DNA of 64,000 nucleotides from a virus: IMG/VR virus record IMGVR_UViG_3300034060_000074. One strand, 5' to 3'. The notes under the pieces were generated by a model. That model was not told the origin of the DNA and did not search any database. It worked only from the letters and a program-made list of their open reading frames with translations. Shown one piece after another: positions 38,201 to 46,686 of the stretch. Position 1 is the stretch's first letter; every line of letters starts with the position of its first letter. Position numbers and translations under genes: made by a program.

Positions 38201-40956
38201 TCAAACTCTTTAACTATATCATTAACTAATTCAGGATCATTTAAAGAGTTTACATAGTCCATCTTGCTTTGTCCTTCCTCAGGCTTAGCAATGTCACTAT
38301 ACTTCTTTTTATTTAATACCTTATCAATTGCCTTATCTAATATATATCCTAACTCTTCAGCTGTCTCATCTTCGCTAATGTTGTAGTCTCTAAACTGTTG
38401 TGGAGTCATAAATGCTATATCACCTGTAGGAAGTTGAACTTCTAGTTCTCCTCCTAAGGTTTGTGATAATACACTTAGTGTTGGCTTAAATATTAATTTA
38501 CCATCTTGTACCAAGACAGGCTCTTTAAGAGAATACACTTTACCAATCTCTAACTTCTTCTCAACAATCTTAGCTTTTCCTTTCTTCTTTGCTGCTGCAA
38601 CTTTTTGTTCAACAGTAACTGGTACCTCTTCCTCCGCACCAAACTCTTCGTCCATCTCCTCATACCCCTTGGGATCTTGTTTGATAGCATCATATTCTTG
38701 AATGTATTTTCTTCTGTTTAATGAAAGGTCAACAACATCAGCTAGTGCAGTTTTAAGATCTTCTTTAACATCAGATATAACATCCATGCTATTGATTTGA
38801 TCTAATACATCCTGTGTAGCTTGTTTGTTAGGTTCATTACCTGCAATAATACTTTGTAGTATTTGACCAGTGTTAATACCTGCCTCATTTAAAATAGAAT
38901 TCACTTGTGGAATACGCACATCATAGTTACCCACCTTAGCTGTGCTATATACAAGTTTGTCTATCACCTTATCACTATACAACTTGTTACCTTCCTTATC
39001 AACAAGATTAGAATATCTTTCTCTAACCATAGAATAAGTATCTTCTACCTGCTTGGCTAAAGCTGATAAGTTGTCAAGTCTTTGAACAAATTGTTCTTTG
39101 GTTTCATTAGCATTAACTATTCCATCAGCTATCAATTCCTCAAAGCCTACGTTATCCATAGCTTGAGATTTGTAGTAGGATAGTTCTTGGTTAACTGCTT
39201 CTATTCTACCATATTTAACTCTAGGCATTAGATATGATAGAGTGAAGTCATGCTCCATATCTTTCTCAGTTACTTTATCATTAGCTACGATAGCAGCTTG
39301 TCTTGCTTTCTGAGAACCAATACCAATACCAATATAGTTAGCTAGATCTTTTAGAACAGCTGAAGATTTTGTTTTATTTAACGCTTCTATTGCTATGTCT
39401 GTATTTCTACCTCTCTCACCACCATATCCAAAGAATCCTCTTTCACCTAATTCACCAGATTTACCAAATCCAAATTTAGTTTTACCTTGCTCATCTTGAT
39501 AAGACCCTGCGTATCCAGCTTGTTGTAAACCACCAGACAATGCACCTATAAGTATGTTTGACATACCTTCCTTAGTATACAATGCTTGATCTATACCATA
39601 GCTAGTTATGTTTCCCATAACATCATTCATGTTATTTAGGAAACTAGAAACATCTTTTCTGTTTCTGTATGCTCTATTGAAATAATCATTAACACCAGTT
39701 TGAATAGCAAATTGTGAACCCTCTTCAAATCCTTCTGAAGGAGATACAATAAGACCACCAACATTTCTAATACCACTACCTATTTTACCAATTCTTGTTT
39801 TTGGTAAATACTTAGACCATTCTCCACCAACTACTGACTGTTCAATATCATTTATTAATGCAGCATCTGCTTTTCTAGAAGATCCCAATATTTTTGGAAG
39901 TTGAATATAGTTTGTTGCTGTGAGAAGCAATGAGTTCATTCCCCATGTAAAGTTACCCACTTTGTCTGTATACTCATTAATAGAATCTAAATCTTTGCCT
40001 GTAGGAGTTTCACCATATTTATTTCTATATTCTTCAATAGCGTTTTCTCTAAAGACATTCATATTATGAAGACCTTCTAATCCTGCTTCACCAAATGTAC
40101 CTGTAGCAGATGTAATAATTCTGTCTGAGTTTCTTAATACAGAAGCTGCTGGTGACTTCAAATACTTCTGTGCTACAGAGTTAAGTGCACCATCAAAAGC
40201 AGCAAACTTTTGTAGTCTAGGAACTGCAGACATAGATTCTTCTACAGCTGTCATTGCTTCTAGACCTTGACCTGCTTTGACTAACTTACTTGTTATGCCT
40301 AATGCTTTAATGGCTTTACTCCATGCAAAACCACCTCCTATTGTACCTAATGAATATCCTAAGTTTTTAAGGATACCATCAGAAAAGAAGTTAGCTGTTA
40401 ATAAATAATCAGGGGAATACCAGTTAGCATCAGTTTGCTTCTGGGTCATATAGTTAGGAAGTGCATCTTCTAATGCCTTGTATGAATCATCTAACTTCCT
40501 ATTAATCTCATTATCAAATAATGAAGCAAATCTACCATCACGTACCATAGCACCTAATCCATAAACAGTACCAGCTGTACCAGAAATAAAACTATTGGTA
40601 GCTGTACCTACAAACTTTAAAGCACCATTCTTCCATTGATCTAATGCACTTTGTTGTTGTGCATATTTTTCTTCTAGATCAGTTTCATATGGTCTACTGC
40701 TTTTATATCTATTGCCAATATATATTGAAGAAGTGGGAAGTTGAGGAACTTTACTTTTCTCTGGAGTAAGATTATTCCATATATCTTCAGCAGACATATT
40801 ACCGCCTGCAATTCCTGTCTTGCTATCAATTGAAGGAACATCAAAACTAACGTCTTGAAACTTTGCCTGACCACCTAAGTTAACAACTTTTGGTTCAGAT
40901 TCAGGTTGTGTAGCGTTAACACCTGCTCCTAAATTAATTACTTTTTCTTCTGGCAT
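29236..40956 (-). CDS. crAss-like virion-packaged DNA-dependent RNA polymerase (3906 aa)
   Basis: YRIPTQ...GSDFDIDKLF (DFDID at 31849-31863), the catalytic DxDxD variant known from crAss-like vRNAPs such as phi14:2 gp66; size and gene position agree. Confidence 0.85.
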   Translation of the reverse strand: MPEEKVINLGAGVNATQPESEPKVVNLGGQAKFQDVSFDVPSIDSKTGIAGGNMSAEDIWNNLTPEKSKVPQLPTSSIYIGNRYKSSRPYETDLEEKYAQQQSALDQWKNGALKFVGTATNSFISGTAGTVYGLGAMVRDGRFASLFDNEINRKLDDSYKALEDALPNYMTQKQTDANWYSPDYLLTANFFSDGILKNLGYSLGTIGGGFAWSKAIKALGITSKLVKAGQGLEAMTAVEESMSAVPRLQKFAAFDGALNSVAQKYLKSPAASVLRNSDRIITSATGTFGEAGLEGLHNMNVFRENAIEEYRNKYGETPTGKDLDSINEYTDKVGNFTWGMNSLLLTATNYIQLPKILGSSRKADAALINDIEQSVVGGEWSKYLPKTRIGKIGSGIRNVGGLIVSPSEGFEEGSQFAIQTGVNDYFNRAYRNRKDVSSFLNNMNDVMGNITSYGIDQALYTKEGMSNILIGALSGGLQQAGYAGSYQDEQGKTKFGFGKSGELGERGFFGYGGERGRNTDIAIEALNKTKSSAVLKDLANYIGIGIGSQKARQAAIVANDKVTEKDMEHDFTLSYLMPRVKYGRIEAVNQELSYYKSQAMDNVGFEELIADGIVNANETKEQFVQRLDNLSALAKQVEDTYSMVRERYSNLVDKEGNKLYSDKVIDKLVYSTAKVGNYDVRIPQVNSILNEAGINTGQILQSIIAGNEPNKQATQDVLDQINSMDVISDVKEDLKTALADVVDLSLNRRKYIQEYDAIKQDPKGYEEMDEEFGAEEEVPVTVEQKVAAAKKKGKAKIVEKKLEIGKVYSLKEPVLVQDGKLIFKPTLSVLSQTLGGELEVQLPTGDIAFMTPQQFRDYNISEDETAEELGYILDKAIDKVLNKKKYSDIAKPEEGQSKMDYVNSLNDPELVNDIVKEFDEQSADFLKNREAEIKNQKGNAQVLSTSDTESVPTDVPVPTIYVTDTDNRKDTNVVPRATVATQQLPGYKNSVAFGANLYNFPNREKIRGVYVTLANEEALGLGGLMNHIKGTSDVEPGKTIALVMVEQSGNGVKLVGVDGQPIIGSNFDKIVFQVMPDPKLQWSEKYGGKSMFREGTPDNVIKAITKEYTKFVEDTLESKELEPHKIEASFGIPQPVVDTEGKLVENARTGVTEAGLIKQSDLAEKPVIYVPTLGDGVISRGSTRYTKALGKPFLIGANGYVALQNKQHSLQEATLIYDAIYRLSEIKYTDGDLSSAEATRLLEWLRSVVYWGNPKNQAGVNSIWFDKAGLIGLKLNISNEGMNVPFSPIGVESNKDKIVEQIQKMYGNIRSAYVAKDLSNWNKPYEQITSVTADGKIKSKTWKNYQSYLLSTEGRTGQETPLTVPIRPTKGVGDTNREGIYFVVTDTADKYAGVVEKVGKEKPILLTPGAVRTGELAETATARYILDNQTPNVIDNPQLGKITFVADAKELETSGGKKGISLVQDDLGNTKAIEALAKSRNIDKKKATDLLVASIYQKVAPQQAAQSIAPVSAEEADIEKRRKEELDKYKSGDITVAGVKAINAKYNAELAALEKQPTTKAEEKQAAQIVTTTPDAEELIRRQLNSMGDDAPFRIKTKDQITKFEKEDWPKIEAFFKANFPNIPLYRVKNIIRGTNGLEAWGMLKNGGVYVYANAEVGTAYHEVFEAVWKMFSSPEERDNIVNEFKDRSGSFVDRITGQDIKYSNATAFQIKEQLAEEFRDFVQYGKVPAKPAKGQPFIVKLFNDLVNFIKSFFYGPQAARNTEELFKRMTGGFYKEYSPLGSQLSYAKNGIIDISDAYGGANSEYRIKDLPGQTVHDIMQQMTYVTLGKFTKNNKSLFTIPSVNKVELYQELKEDLQKTALKTMKAAEDLIDQGVITEEQAASTKEKSRALWQKITDNWEELAEKHKEYLSAYNIEFDNNNEAAYITDKAKEDPYGEATQIDNFKRANAAVKLLLSTIPIVREGKIVHSSINGATLLPTSQVFMAIMNQTHDSNSPDEMIEGLRKLAEDDENYRTLYERISKSSYNMDTFEFTDLKNRHDLQLVSALWRTFNKQSPIVKNLYILPNGEVQVGDSNFATAARQLNQDFLNAIVVSVKKQNGYFQYSSLQKAYMPVVDANGKAVISKFAVDTLDEQLNFLKKFGIIFNKADLLEMSGEDQDDFSESVKGIKKSFTELNKVATFSGSVLSINGRLLKLANIKAKIDNPEFDSVFYNVNGDATQSFIGVNALSKLSDVLSKAQNINDLRDTPYSYLLTDNFAKNSVILGQMFNIAEGGNRIKGTEKLMEASWADGTLDQGNGKKKQSSKLTYKQRLVQEINMNLAGYYYNLVPGDASLEHMVNMGNFISKESIRAGYSQPGGVLDTFRGYLFSEIELARETRPFTRNTNELRFFKDILGEELHDQVMSENGEVLTPQEVYDAFTDEDTNVNAIDEAITKYIVEKTAAFKRSLSNYGIITKGEEKETWFVENLAFAQSGTTTTENLNRELEMLQINFMINNIELHKLLYSDPYQYKDELKRIKSFLSPRQSIISNSASMNAALNNIWNEGFDEGDIGRTDFTQDYFRTATYADVLATGDLPGYEEEAWEETDGSGIITMKGYRNFRIRAGEWNDNEELQYKFDIAYEKLVKSGANKEEIAEFNKKNPSVKSAYTPLKPIVSGNKANGRSYNDIVLDKFALYPLSFRVLHQLNPESNSIKFYNKMQAENIDYTVFKSGRKVGAEELNEPYNENDQFNEAPYVGIVNVPFGIMSIQSEVPSKDESVVTRGSQITKLVTLDYMEAGVPVDFEPGDNFNQRLDKWNALKNKSTYNDGKNLYNEIKHNQELLEAMIDNGYQSLLKQMGIKELKNGKFKIADFSKAANLLRREILKREVNDNVADALAGFLEGKVVIEATPAYQQIRNILYSIADREVITPKMSGGQKVQIPSTFLEENRIKSKDGKGYTSDVLKFYTNKEGERVAEVMIGRWFDSNKTDAELLDYLNNTEEGQKILKGVAYRIPTQKQNSIDAIVIKQFLPREFGDSVVIPSALVKKAGSDFDIDKLFIYLKNTYKDGLGNIKLVPYYGIGDAAKEKFEDLYADISENKIKITQESKVKLGNLQNLLSDIALGEASSKTAEKWIPILQNMFGDSLSVIEIEDALMTKLEETGKKLEDLYDLDLQAVLMEKFVDRMYKKSLENEYIQSMENLITREENFASLTKPNSADQMKGLAKKITRKLGFESFNYDTPGNMLDRNFMSRLRQAFVSGKYAIGIAAVNQTNHSLNQRQPIYVDTDKLAMLDDADRAWIRDAKINFKDYNKIMINNKPVATLSMVKNAKGDNISDIIGQFIDGYVDISKGPWIMELGATPNTASTWLFLTKLGVPIEDVSYFMNQPIIRDYLRKIENSGYSWLFIDDFVKEMKQSPKYKVADNYNFSKITTIPSASKLSSLVGNNNLNQDQKAEQQFMLDEFLKYARMANQMFLVTQGSNFDTSTFNDPFLVFKKQQQLLKAQNTIISSVDDILKNSFLGKLAERIGNIRNAYAEILTSDKNNTRRVLENVLLPYTDMSDDEFVNVSRKAVTNLFDWAVQVDQKLNQEIAGMLLGEDNAAGEITDFVNKVKADPNHKLFDNIIVNLLENLPAPTEDGVNNIKIKNKNNKTYDQNQMIYGFKELKSYLGKDPIYDKLVRLSVLQSGIANSPISFTNLLPYEDFAKIYNKTLSKLDKMPNLDQFYKLGVFQRNNWADDDVVPYKKATFKQDNQGNWYYSNGIQFKKNEALNLDIQAGKTPQLVKIHHMARESKSDYIVYTWEEGTKSEKIKMRKDGDFSYIKKGLFKKVYNGDTPFAIKNFYGADTFIYKMINAWGDSYRANEFYENARESVIPNGFIQTIEKEDDDIRKYFEVKKDNAPKAVSKKVKKIKVPGLPEIENNNVNNC

Positions 40957-40962
40957 TCTTTA

Positions 40963-43803
40963 TTATTTTAATGCAGCTTGTGCAAATTCTGGACCTAGTG
41001 ATTTCAATTTATTTATAACAACCTCTAAATTTGGATCTCCTGGTAATGATTTTACAGTTCTCTTACCACCATCTGCTGTAGATGTATAAACATATGCATA
41101 ATATAAATCATTGGCTTTCACCACGTTAGCCTGCATGTCATAGTTATTATTACCTACCATTCTTGGGAATTCAAACTTTTCAAAGTATGAATCTGCTTTG
41201 GTATATGTAGAAACATCTCCTGGATCTAATTTAGATGTAGAACCTATTGGGCTTCTTCTTAGAGTGCGTCTTACATTAGTAACTTCATCTGATTCATATA
41301 ATCCACTTACATCAATACCAAGACCTCTTGCTTCATCATCTGCAATTACAATAGATCCAGACTTGTTAGTCTTTAAATCAGTTCCTAATATTTGTATAAC
41401 TTTCTTTCCATCAGGACCTGTCATTGTTTTTGCTTCTAATGAAATATCTGATAGATCTCCTTTAATAGCTTCTAACATTCCATCTAGTTCACCTGAGACT
41501 GCTAAATTCTTTCCAGACCTTCCATAGTCAAGTGTCCATCTTCTAATATCATTAAGAGTTTGTCTATCTGTTTCATTATCACCTGTAAGAACAGGCATCT
41601 TAACATCAGGTTTGAAGAAACTCTTACTTTGAAGAAGTTCAGCTTTTCTAGTCAATGCTTTTGCTGAAGCTTCAGTATCTATTATCTTATATACCTTTTT
41701 TAAATTGTTTTCAAAGTCACCTCTAGTATCTACGTTTACTTGCCATCCTTTAGGATTTCTTAAATACACCTCATCTGTAAATGGTAGTAGTTCTACAGCT
41801 TGTCTTGCTGTAGTTTTGAAGTCTCTTATAAGTCCTGAAGGACTAAGGTAACCAGTGGCAAACTTATCTAACACAGTAGGAATCAAAAAGGCTTTACCTC
41901 TACTACTTAATCTAGCCTCAGCAGCTTTAGCATTTTCTTTATGAATTTTATCATCTAGATAACCACCTACAGTTACATTACCTTTAGCATATAAAGCTAA
42001 GTCATAGAAATCTTGTTTGGTAACCATAACATCTTTACCTTGAAACTTCATTGGTGTATCTTTAACATCTACACCATTTATAACATTTGCTAAATCAACT
42101 CCAAGTTCTTTAGCCACTTGTTCATTAACATCTGCTGTTTCTTGTGATATGGATTGGAAAGTCTTTTGTTTCTTTTTGAATAAGTTATACGCATCACCCA
42201 AAGCAGGAGGTACTCCCCCTGGTTTTGTTTTTAATTGGTTTACCACTTTATCAGACCATCTTGTTATGAAATCTGTAAGTGGTTCTTTATTATCATCAGC
42301 AGCATTCTTTAAGAGAGTTTCAATACCTTGTTCTCTTGTTTTACCTAATGCTATTTGTTTACTTAATGCTTGTATATTTTTTGGATTGTTAGCAAAGAAA
42401 CCACTCCATACAAGTTCATTTCCTGAAGTTAACATATCAGTGGCAGCATTTGTTTTTGTTTGTTCAGCATTTACAACCACATCCATATTAGATAGATTCT
42501 CAGCAAACTCAAGTCCTCTTTCATCATCAGGACCAGTACCAGGTTTCTTTGGACCACCTGGACCTTTCATAGATGCTATTCTAAGAGCACTCTCACGATC
42601 TAATTCTTTTTGTCTAGATTGTTCTTTTAGATTAGCATATTTAAAAGCAAGTTCAGCAGCTGCTTCTTTCATATCATTAGCCTCTTGAAACTCCTTAAAG
42701 TTAGCTTGATAAAGAGGACTTTCCATAGCTTGCTTAGTTACCTTTACTGAACCATACATTCCTTGTAAGTTATCTAGAGAGTTTTCTTTATAAACAAATC
42801 CTCTTACGTAGTCTGGGTTCTTATAAGCTGCTTGTGCTATTTGGTCATATGAAGACTTAACACCATCAGCTTTGCTTTGAAGCTGATCTATTTCTCCTTG
42901 GATGGCTTTTTTAGCCTCATCAGTTTTTTCTAATGTTTTCTTTAATGTAAGCTCACCTATCTTATCATTATATATTGCTGTCTTTTCATCTCTCTGAGCA
43001 TACACCATATCTACAAGACCTCTTTCATCTATGTTTGCATAGTTGTACTCTCCTGTAATATTAAGTTGTTTAGCCACTCTAGGATCAGAAAAGATCTGAC
43101 CAAGTGTAGCTCTAACCTCTGCAGGTAGTCTACCCTCTTGTTCCATTCTCACCATGTAAGGAGAAACAACAGGAGTTTGTTTTATAATGTTACCCTTCTT
43201 ATCTTTTACAATATCAAACTTATAATTGCCTTGAGCATCTGTTTCATATAATTGATCAAATGACCACTTGCCTGGTTTAATAGCATCAAATTGTTCTTTA
43301 GCAAACTTCATGATATCAAAGTGAGGAGAGTATGAACCATTAAATGATTCTCCTGGCTTTGTAGAAGTTAACCAAGGTTGAGCTTGTTTATTGAAGTTAT
43401 ATATATTAGCTGGATTAGATTTACCCTCTTCTGTGTCTTTTTGAATTTTAGTTAATCCACTTCTATAAGAAGCTGTAGATGATATAGCATTTGTAATCAA
43501 TTTATCCTTAGATATTTGTGCTGTCATACCAGCAACAGAATTAACCAACTGTTGGTTAGAGAAATCACCAGCTGCCACTGTCTTTAAGTTATTACCTAAT
43601 TCACCTAGCTTTGACTGAAGATATTGTTTATCTACATCTCTATACACGTCTACCCCAGCTACTCTATCAATGTAGTTCTGGATTTTTTGCACACCTTGGT
43701 TGTATTGAGCCTGTTTGGCCATACCAACCTGGTACATCTCCTGAACTGGCAGTTCCTGGATGTATGGGTTAAATTGTGATAGTTTGTCAGTAAAAGATGC
43801 CAT
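40963..43803 (-). CDS. Putative virion cargo/ejection protein (946 aa)
   Basis: Helical, Q/K/D-rich; lies between cargo genes and the vRNAP, as in crAss-like gene order. Confidence 0.55.
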   Translation of the reverse strand: MASFTDKLSQFNPYIQELPVQEMYQVGMAKQAQYNQGVQKIQNYIDRVAGVDVYRDVDKQYLQSKLGELGNNLKTVAAGDFSNQQLVNSVAGMTAQISKDKLITNAISSTASYRSGLTKIQKDTEEGKSNPANIYNFNKQAQPWLTSTKPGESFNGSYSPHFDIMKFAKEQFDAIKPGKWSFDQLYETDAQGNYKFDIVKDKKGNIIKQTPVVSPYMVRMEQEGRLPAEVRATLGQIFSDPRVAKQLNITGEYNYANIDERGLVDMVYAQRDEKTAIYNDKIGELTLKKTLEKTDEAKKAIQGEIDQLQSKADGVKSSYDQIAQAAYKNPDYVRGFVYKENSLDNLQGMYGSVKVTKQAMESPLYQANFKEFQEANDMKEAAAELAFKYANLKEQSRQKELDRESALRIASMKGPGGPKKPGTGPDDERGLEFAENLSNMDVVVNAEQTKTNAATDMLTSGNELVWSGFFANNPKNIQALSKQIALGKTREQGIETLLKNAADDNKEPLTDFITRWSDKVVNQLKTKPGGVPPALGDAYNLFKKKQKTFQSISQETADVNEQVAKELGVDLANVINGVDVKDTPMKFQGKDVMVTKQDFYDLALYAKGNVTVGGYLDDKIHKENAKAAEARLSSRGKAFLIPTVLDKFATGYLSPSGLIRDFKTTARQAVELLPFTDEVYLRNPKGWQVNVDTRGDFENNLKKVYKIIDTEASAKALTRKAELLQSKSFFKPDVKMPVLTGDNETDRQTLNDIRRWTLDYGRSGKNLAVSGELDGMLEAIKGDLSDISLEAKTMTGPDGKKVIQILGTDLKTNKSGSIVIADDEARGLGIDVSGLYESDEVTNVRRTLRRSPIGSTSKLDPGDVSTYTKADSYFEKFEFPRMVGNNNYDMQANVVKANDLYYAYVYTSTADGGKRTVKSLPGDPNLEVVINKLKSLGPEFAQAALK

Positions 43804-43807
43804 AATA

Positions 43808-43839
43808 CAAAATTAATTTAAAATATTAGAATTACCAAG
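43808..43839 (-). promoter_or_regulatory. Possible promoter giving a near-leaderless transcript for the 946-aa/vRNAP operon
   Basis: TAATTTTG at 43808-43815, only 4 nt before the ATG at 43803; weak -33 (CTTG) at 20-nt spacing. Confidence 0.45.
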
Positions 43840-43879
43840 AGCTATAACAAATTTTAGTAATTCACTATAACTGAATTAG

Positions 43880-46666
43880 TTAGAGATTCTTTAGAGCCTT
43901 AACAACTGAGCTATTTCTAGCCTTTGTTTTTCCACCATTCTTCTGCATATAATTGTCTAGTTCACTTAATGATGGAGGGGTAGTACTACTGTCTTTAGTC
44001 TTTCTAGTTCCAATAATACGTCCTAATTCATCATATGTAAATGCTGTATCAGGAGCTAATCCTCCACTTCCTTTAGTTGATGTAGCAAATGGATTACCTG
44101 AAGTATTGAAAGATTGTAATGCGTTAGCATTAATTGCTCTGCCTTTAGGATCAAATCTGAAATTATACAGATTCTCCATAACAGCCAACTTTCTATTAGC
44201 AGCTCTTTGTTGTGCAGTCTTAGCAGCAATAGAACTTAAAGCAGCTTGGGTTTGTTCTTTAGTATTAGATTTAGCTCCTGCTTGTCTAACGTATTGTTGA
44301 TCAAGGATTTGTAAGTTTCTAAGTTGAGCATCATTTAATGCAGCTCTGTTCTTATCATAAACCTGCATTCTATTTGCTTGATTGATTCTAGTTTGCTCTC
44401 CTAAGATTTGATTCTTAGCCTGTAATGTCTGAGACATAATCATTGCCTGTGCAGCAGGATTAGAACCAGCAGCTCTAATAGCAGCTCTAGACTGAGAATC
44501 AACAGCAGCAAGTTGATCATTTAAAGAAATGTCTACAGGACTGTCTAACATTGGTTGGAACGTTTGGGCCTGTACAGGTTCTAACTGATTGGTAGCCAAT
44601 GCATAAAACTCAGGATACAACTGATCTGCAGGTAAGTCTTCGTCAGCGTTAGTTGGTCTTAAGAATGATTCTAAATTAGATAAAGCAGTAGGGCCATATT
44701 TTTCAATTCCTTTTCCTAAAAACTTACCTGTTGATTTCAATGCATTCATTAATCTACCACTCTTCTTTGATGTAGGATCACCTGGCATATCTTCAATGCT
44801 AGGAGGATAAAATTTAGGACTAGATGAAACTGTTACTTCTGGTAAATTACTGTTTGAATATCCTGCTTGATATGGAATTGTTATAGCATCTTGCTTTGGT
44901 CCAAACTGTGGAACTATGCTGTTTATATCAAACTTATATTTTGAACTGGTTATACCTTTTTGAGCAACCATACTTGGATTTGTTTCTCTTTCTAATTTAC
45001 CTTCAGCTAATTTGTCATTCTTAACACCTAACTCCTTGGCTGTCTGATGAATAGAGTCTTGTACAATACCTGCTTCTTTAATCTTATCAGCATTAATCTT
45101 TTGCCAAGCTTTAGCTCCTTGCATCATAACATTTCCTGTATTTAAAGACAGGTGATCAAATGCACTATTCTCATCAGCGTTTTCAATTAGCTTAAGACCT
45201 TTATTTATTCTCTTTAATTGTTTAGCATCATTCTTAGCAATATCAGCTACATATGTTTTAAACTTCATTCCTTTTGCTTTTGGATCTCCCATAAGATCTG
45301 CTACTTCTTTATTAATTTTCATGTTACCAAATACAACAAGGTTATCACTAGATCCACCATCTTGTAGTTTAACAGCTGGTTCACCACCTTCTACTTCCAC
45401 TTCATTCTCACCATACTTAGTTTGAATGCCACCATTGTCATGAGATGCACCTCTAAACATTCCTATCTCACCACCAGGTAAATTAGGATTGTATGACATT
45501 GTTTCAAAGCGACCCCCATCTCCCACTTCTAATTCACCACCCATAGCCATTTGTGTTCCATATTGAGCTCTAGGCATACCTGGTCTACCAGTGTATAATG
45601 CTTCTGCACTAGGAGGAGTATAATCAACCTGAGCAAGATGACCACCACTTCTTAACATATCTGCATCATGTGGAGGTTTTAAAAGATCTTTAATATTATA
45701 TTCTCCAAACTTAGTAATTGTTTGTGGTTGCCAATCATGACTTACCCATCCACCATTTTCCATGTATGCATTAAGAGGACCTTGTGATCTAGCTTGTTGG
45801 AAGGCTAATTGGTTTTGGCTCAAAGCAGTTTTATCTTTCTGTGCTTGTAATGCTCTAGCATCTTTAGCACCACCTAATGCATTACCTGCCACCTTACCTA
45901 AGAACTTACCTACAGCAGCTCCTGCAGGACCAAAGGCAGAACCAATAGATTCTCCTACAGCACTACCAACTTGAGCTTGACCTGAGTCTTGGAAGTACTC
46001 ACCAAACTCTGCTTTGGGCATATGACCACCATGTCTGAATTGTTTGTATGTTTCTTGTAATGGTTCAAATCCAAGATCATCATATATGTCATTTGTAGGA
46101 GCATATGTATTCTGAATCTCAGTGGGATTACCACCAATCATTCTACCATTCTGAGCTAGGTAGTTTGTACCTGAACCATAAGGATTACTTAATTGTCCTG
46201 GTTGAGTAGGATTATCTTCTGGTCTAACATAATTACGTTGAGGATCTTGCATAGTTTGATTAGCCTGTAAAGCAAGTCCTGATAACTGAGCAGTTTGATC
46301 TGCTTTCTTAATGTTTTTCTTTTGCTCAGCAATAGCACTAATTCCACCAGCAATCTTATCTAAGTTTTGAAGAGCACTCATACCAGCAGCTGCAGCTCCA
46401 CCACCAAAACTTCCTTCAGGATTTTTTGCAGTGGCACCAAATTTAGTAAATCCAAACTCAGGTGGTGTAGTAGCTCCAGTTTGAGCAATAGGAGGATTAC
46501 CAAAGTCAGTTAACTGATGTAATTGGTCATTGACCATCTTACTACCCATAGCAGCTTTCTTAAACTCTTTCTTATGAGCTTTCATAAATGCTTCTTCTGT
46601 TGGGTACTTTTTGTAAAATTCCTTTTCAGACTTAACTCCTGCAATCTTTAAGATTTGATCTTTCAT
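43880..46666 (-). CDS. Putative virion cargo protein (928 aa) with repeated short xxxGG motifs
   Basis: FRGASHDNGGI, EVEVEGGEP; repeated AQNG/FRHGG/MENGG/AMGG/MQKNGG; low-complexity Q/A helices. Confidence 0.6.
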   Translation of the reverse strand: MKDQILKIAGVKSEKEFYKKYPTEEAFMKAHKKEFKKAAMGSKMVNDQLHQLTDFGNPPIAQTGATTPPEFGFTKFGATAKNPEGSFGGGAAAAGMSALQNLDKIAGGISAIAEQKKNIKKADQTAQLSGLALQANQTMQDPQRNYVRPEDNPTQPGQLSNPYGSGTNYLAQNGRMIGGNPTEIQNTYAPTNDIYDDLGFEPLQETYKQFRHGGHMPKAEFGEYFQDSGQAQVGSAVGESIGSAFGPAGAAVGKFLGKVAGNALGGAKDARALQAQKDKTALSQNQLAFQQARSQGPLNAYMENGGWVSHDWQPQTITKFGEYNIKDLLKPPHDADMLRSGGHLAQVDYTPPSAEALYTGRPGMPRAQYGTQMAMGGELEVGDGGRFETMSYNPNLPGGEIGMFRGASHDNGGIQTKYGENEVEVEGGEPAVKLQDGGSSDNLVVFGNMKINKEVADLMGDPKAKGMKFKTYVADIAKNDAKQLKRINKGLKLIENADENSAFDHLSLNTGNVMMQGAKAWQKINADKIKEAGIVQDSIHQTAKELGVKNDKLAEGKLERETNPSMVAQKGITSSKYKFDINSIVPQFGPKQDAITIPYQAGYSNSNLPEVTVSSSPKFYPPSIEDMPGDPTSKKSGRLMNALKSTGKFLGKGIEKYGPTALSNLESFLRPTNADEDLPADQLYPEFYALATNQLEPVQAQTFQPMLDSPVDISLNDQLAAVDSQSRAAIRAAGSNPAAQAMIMSQTLQAKNQILGEQTRINQANRMQVYDKNRAALNDAQLRNLQILDQQYVRQAGAKSNTKEQTQAALSSIAAKTAQQRAANRKLAVMENLYNFRFDPKGRAINANALQSFNTSGNPFATSTKGSGGLAPDTAFTYDELGRIIGTRKTKDSSTTPPSLSELDNYMQKNGGKTKARNSSVVKALKNL

Positions 46667-46686
46667 ATCAAACGTTTATATGTGGT

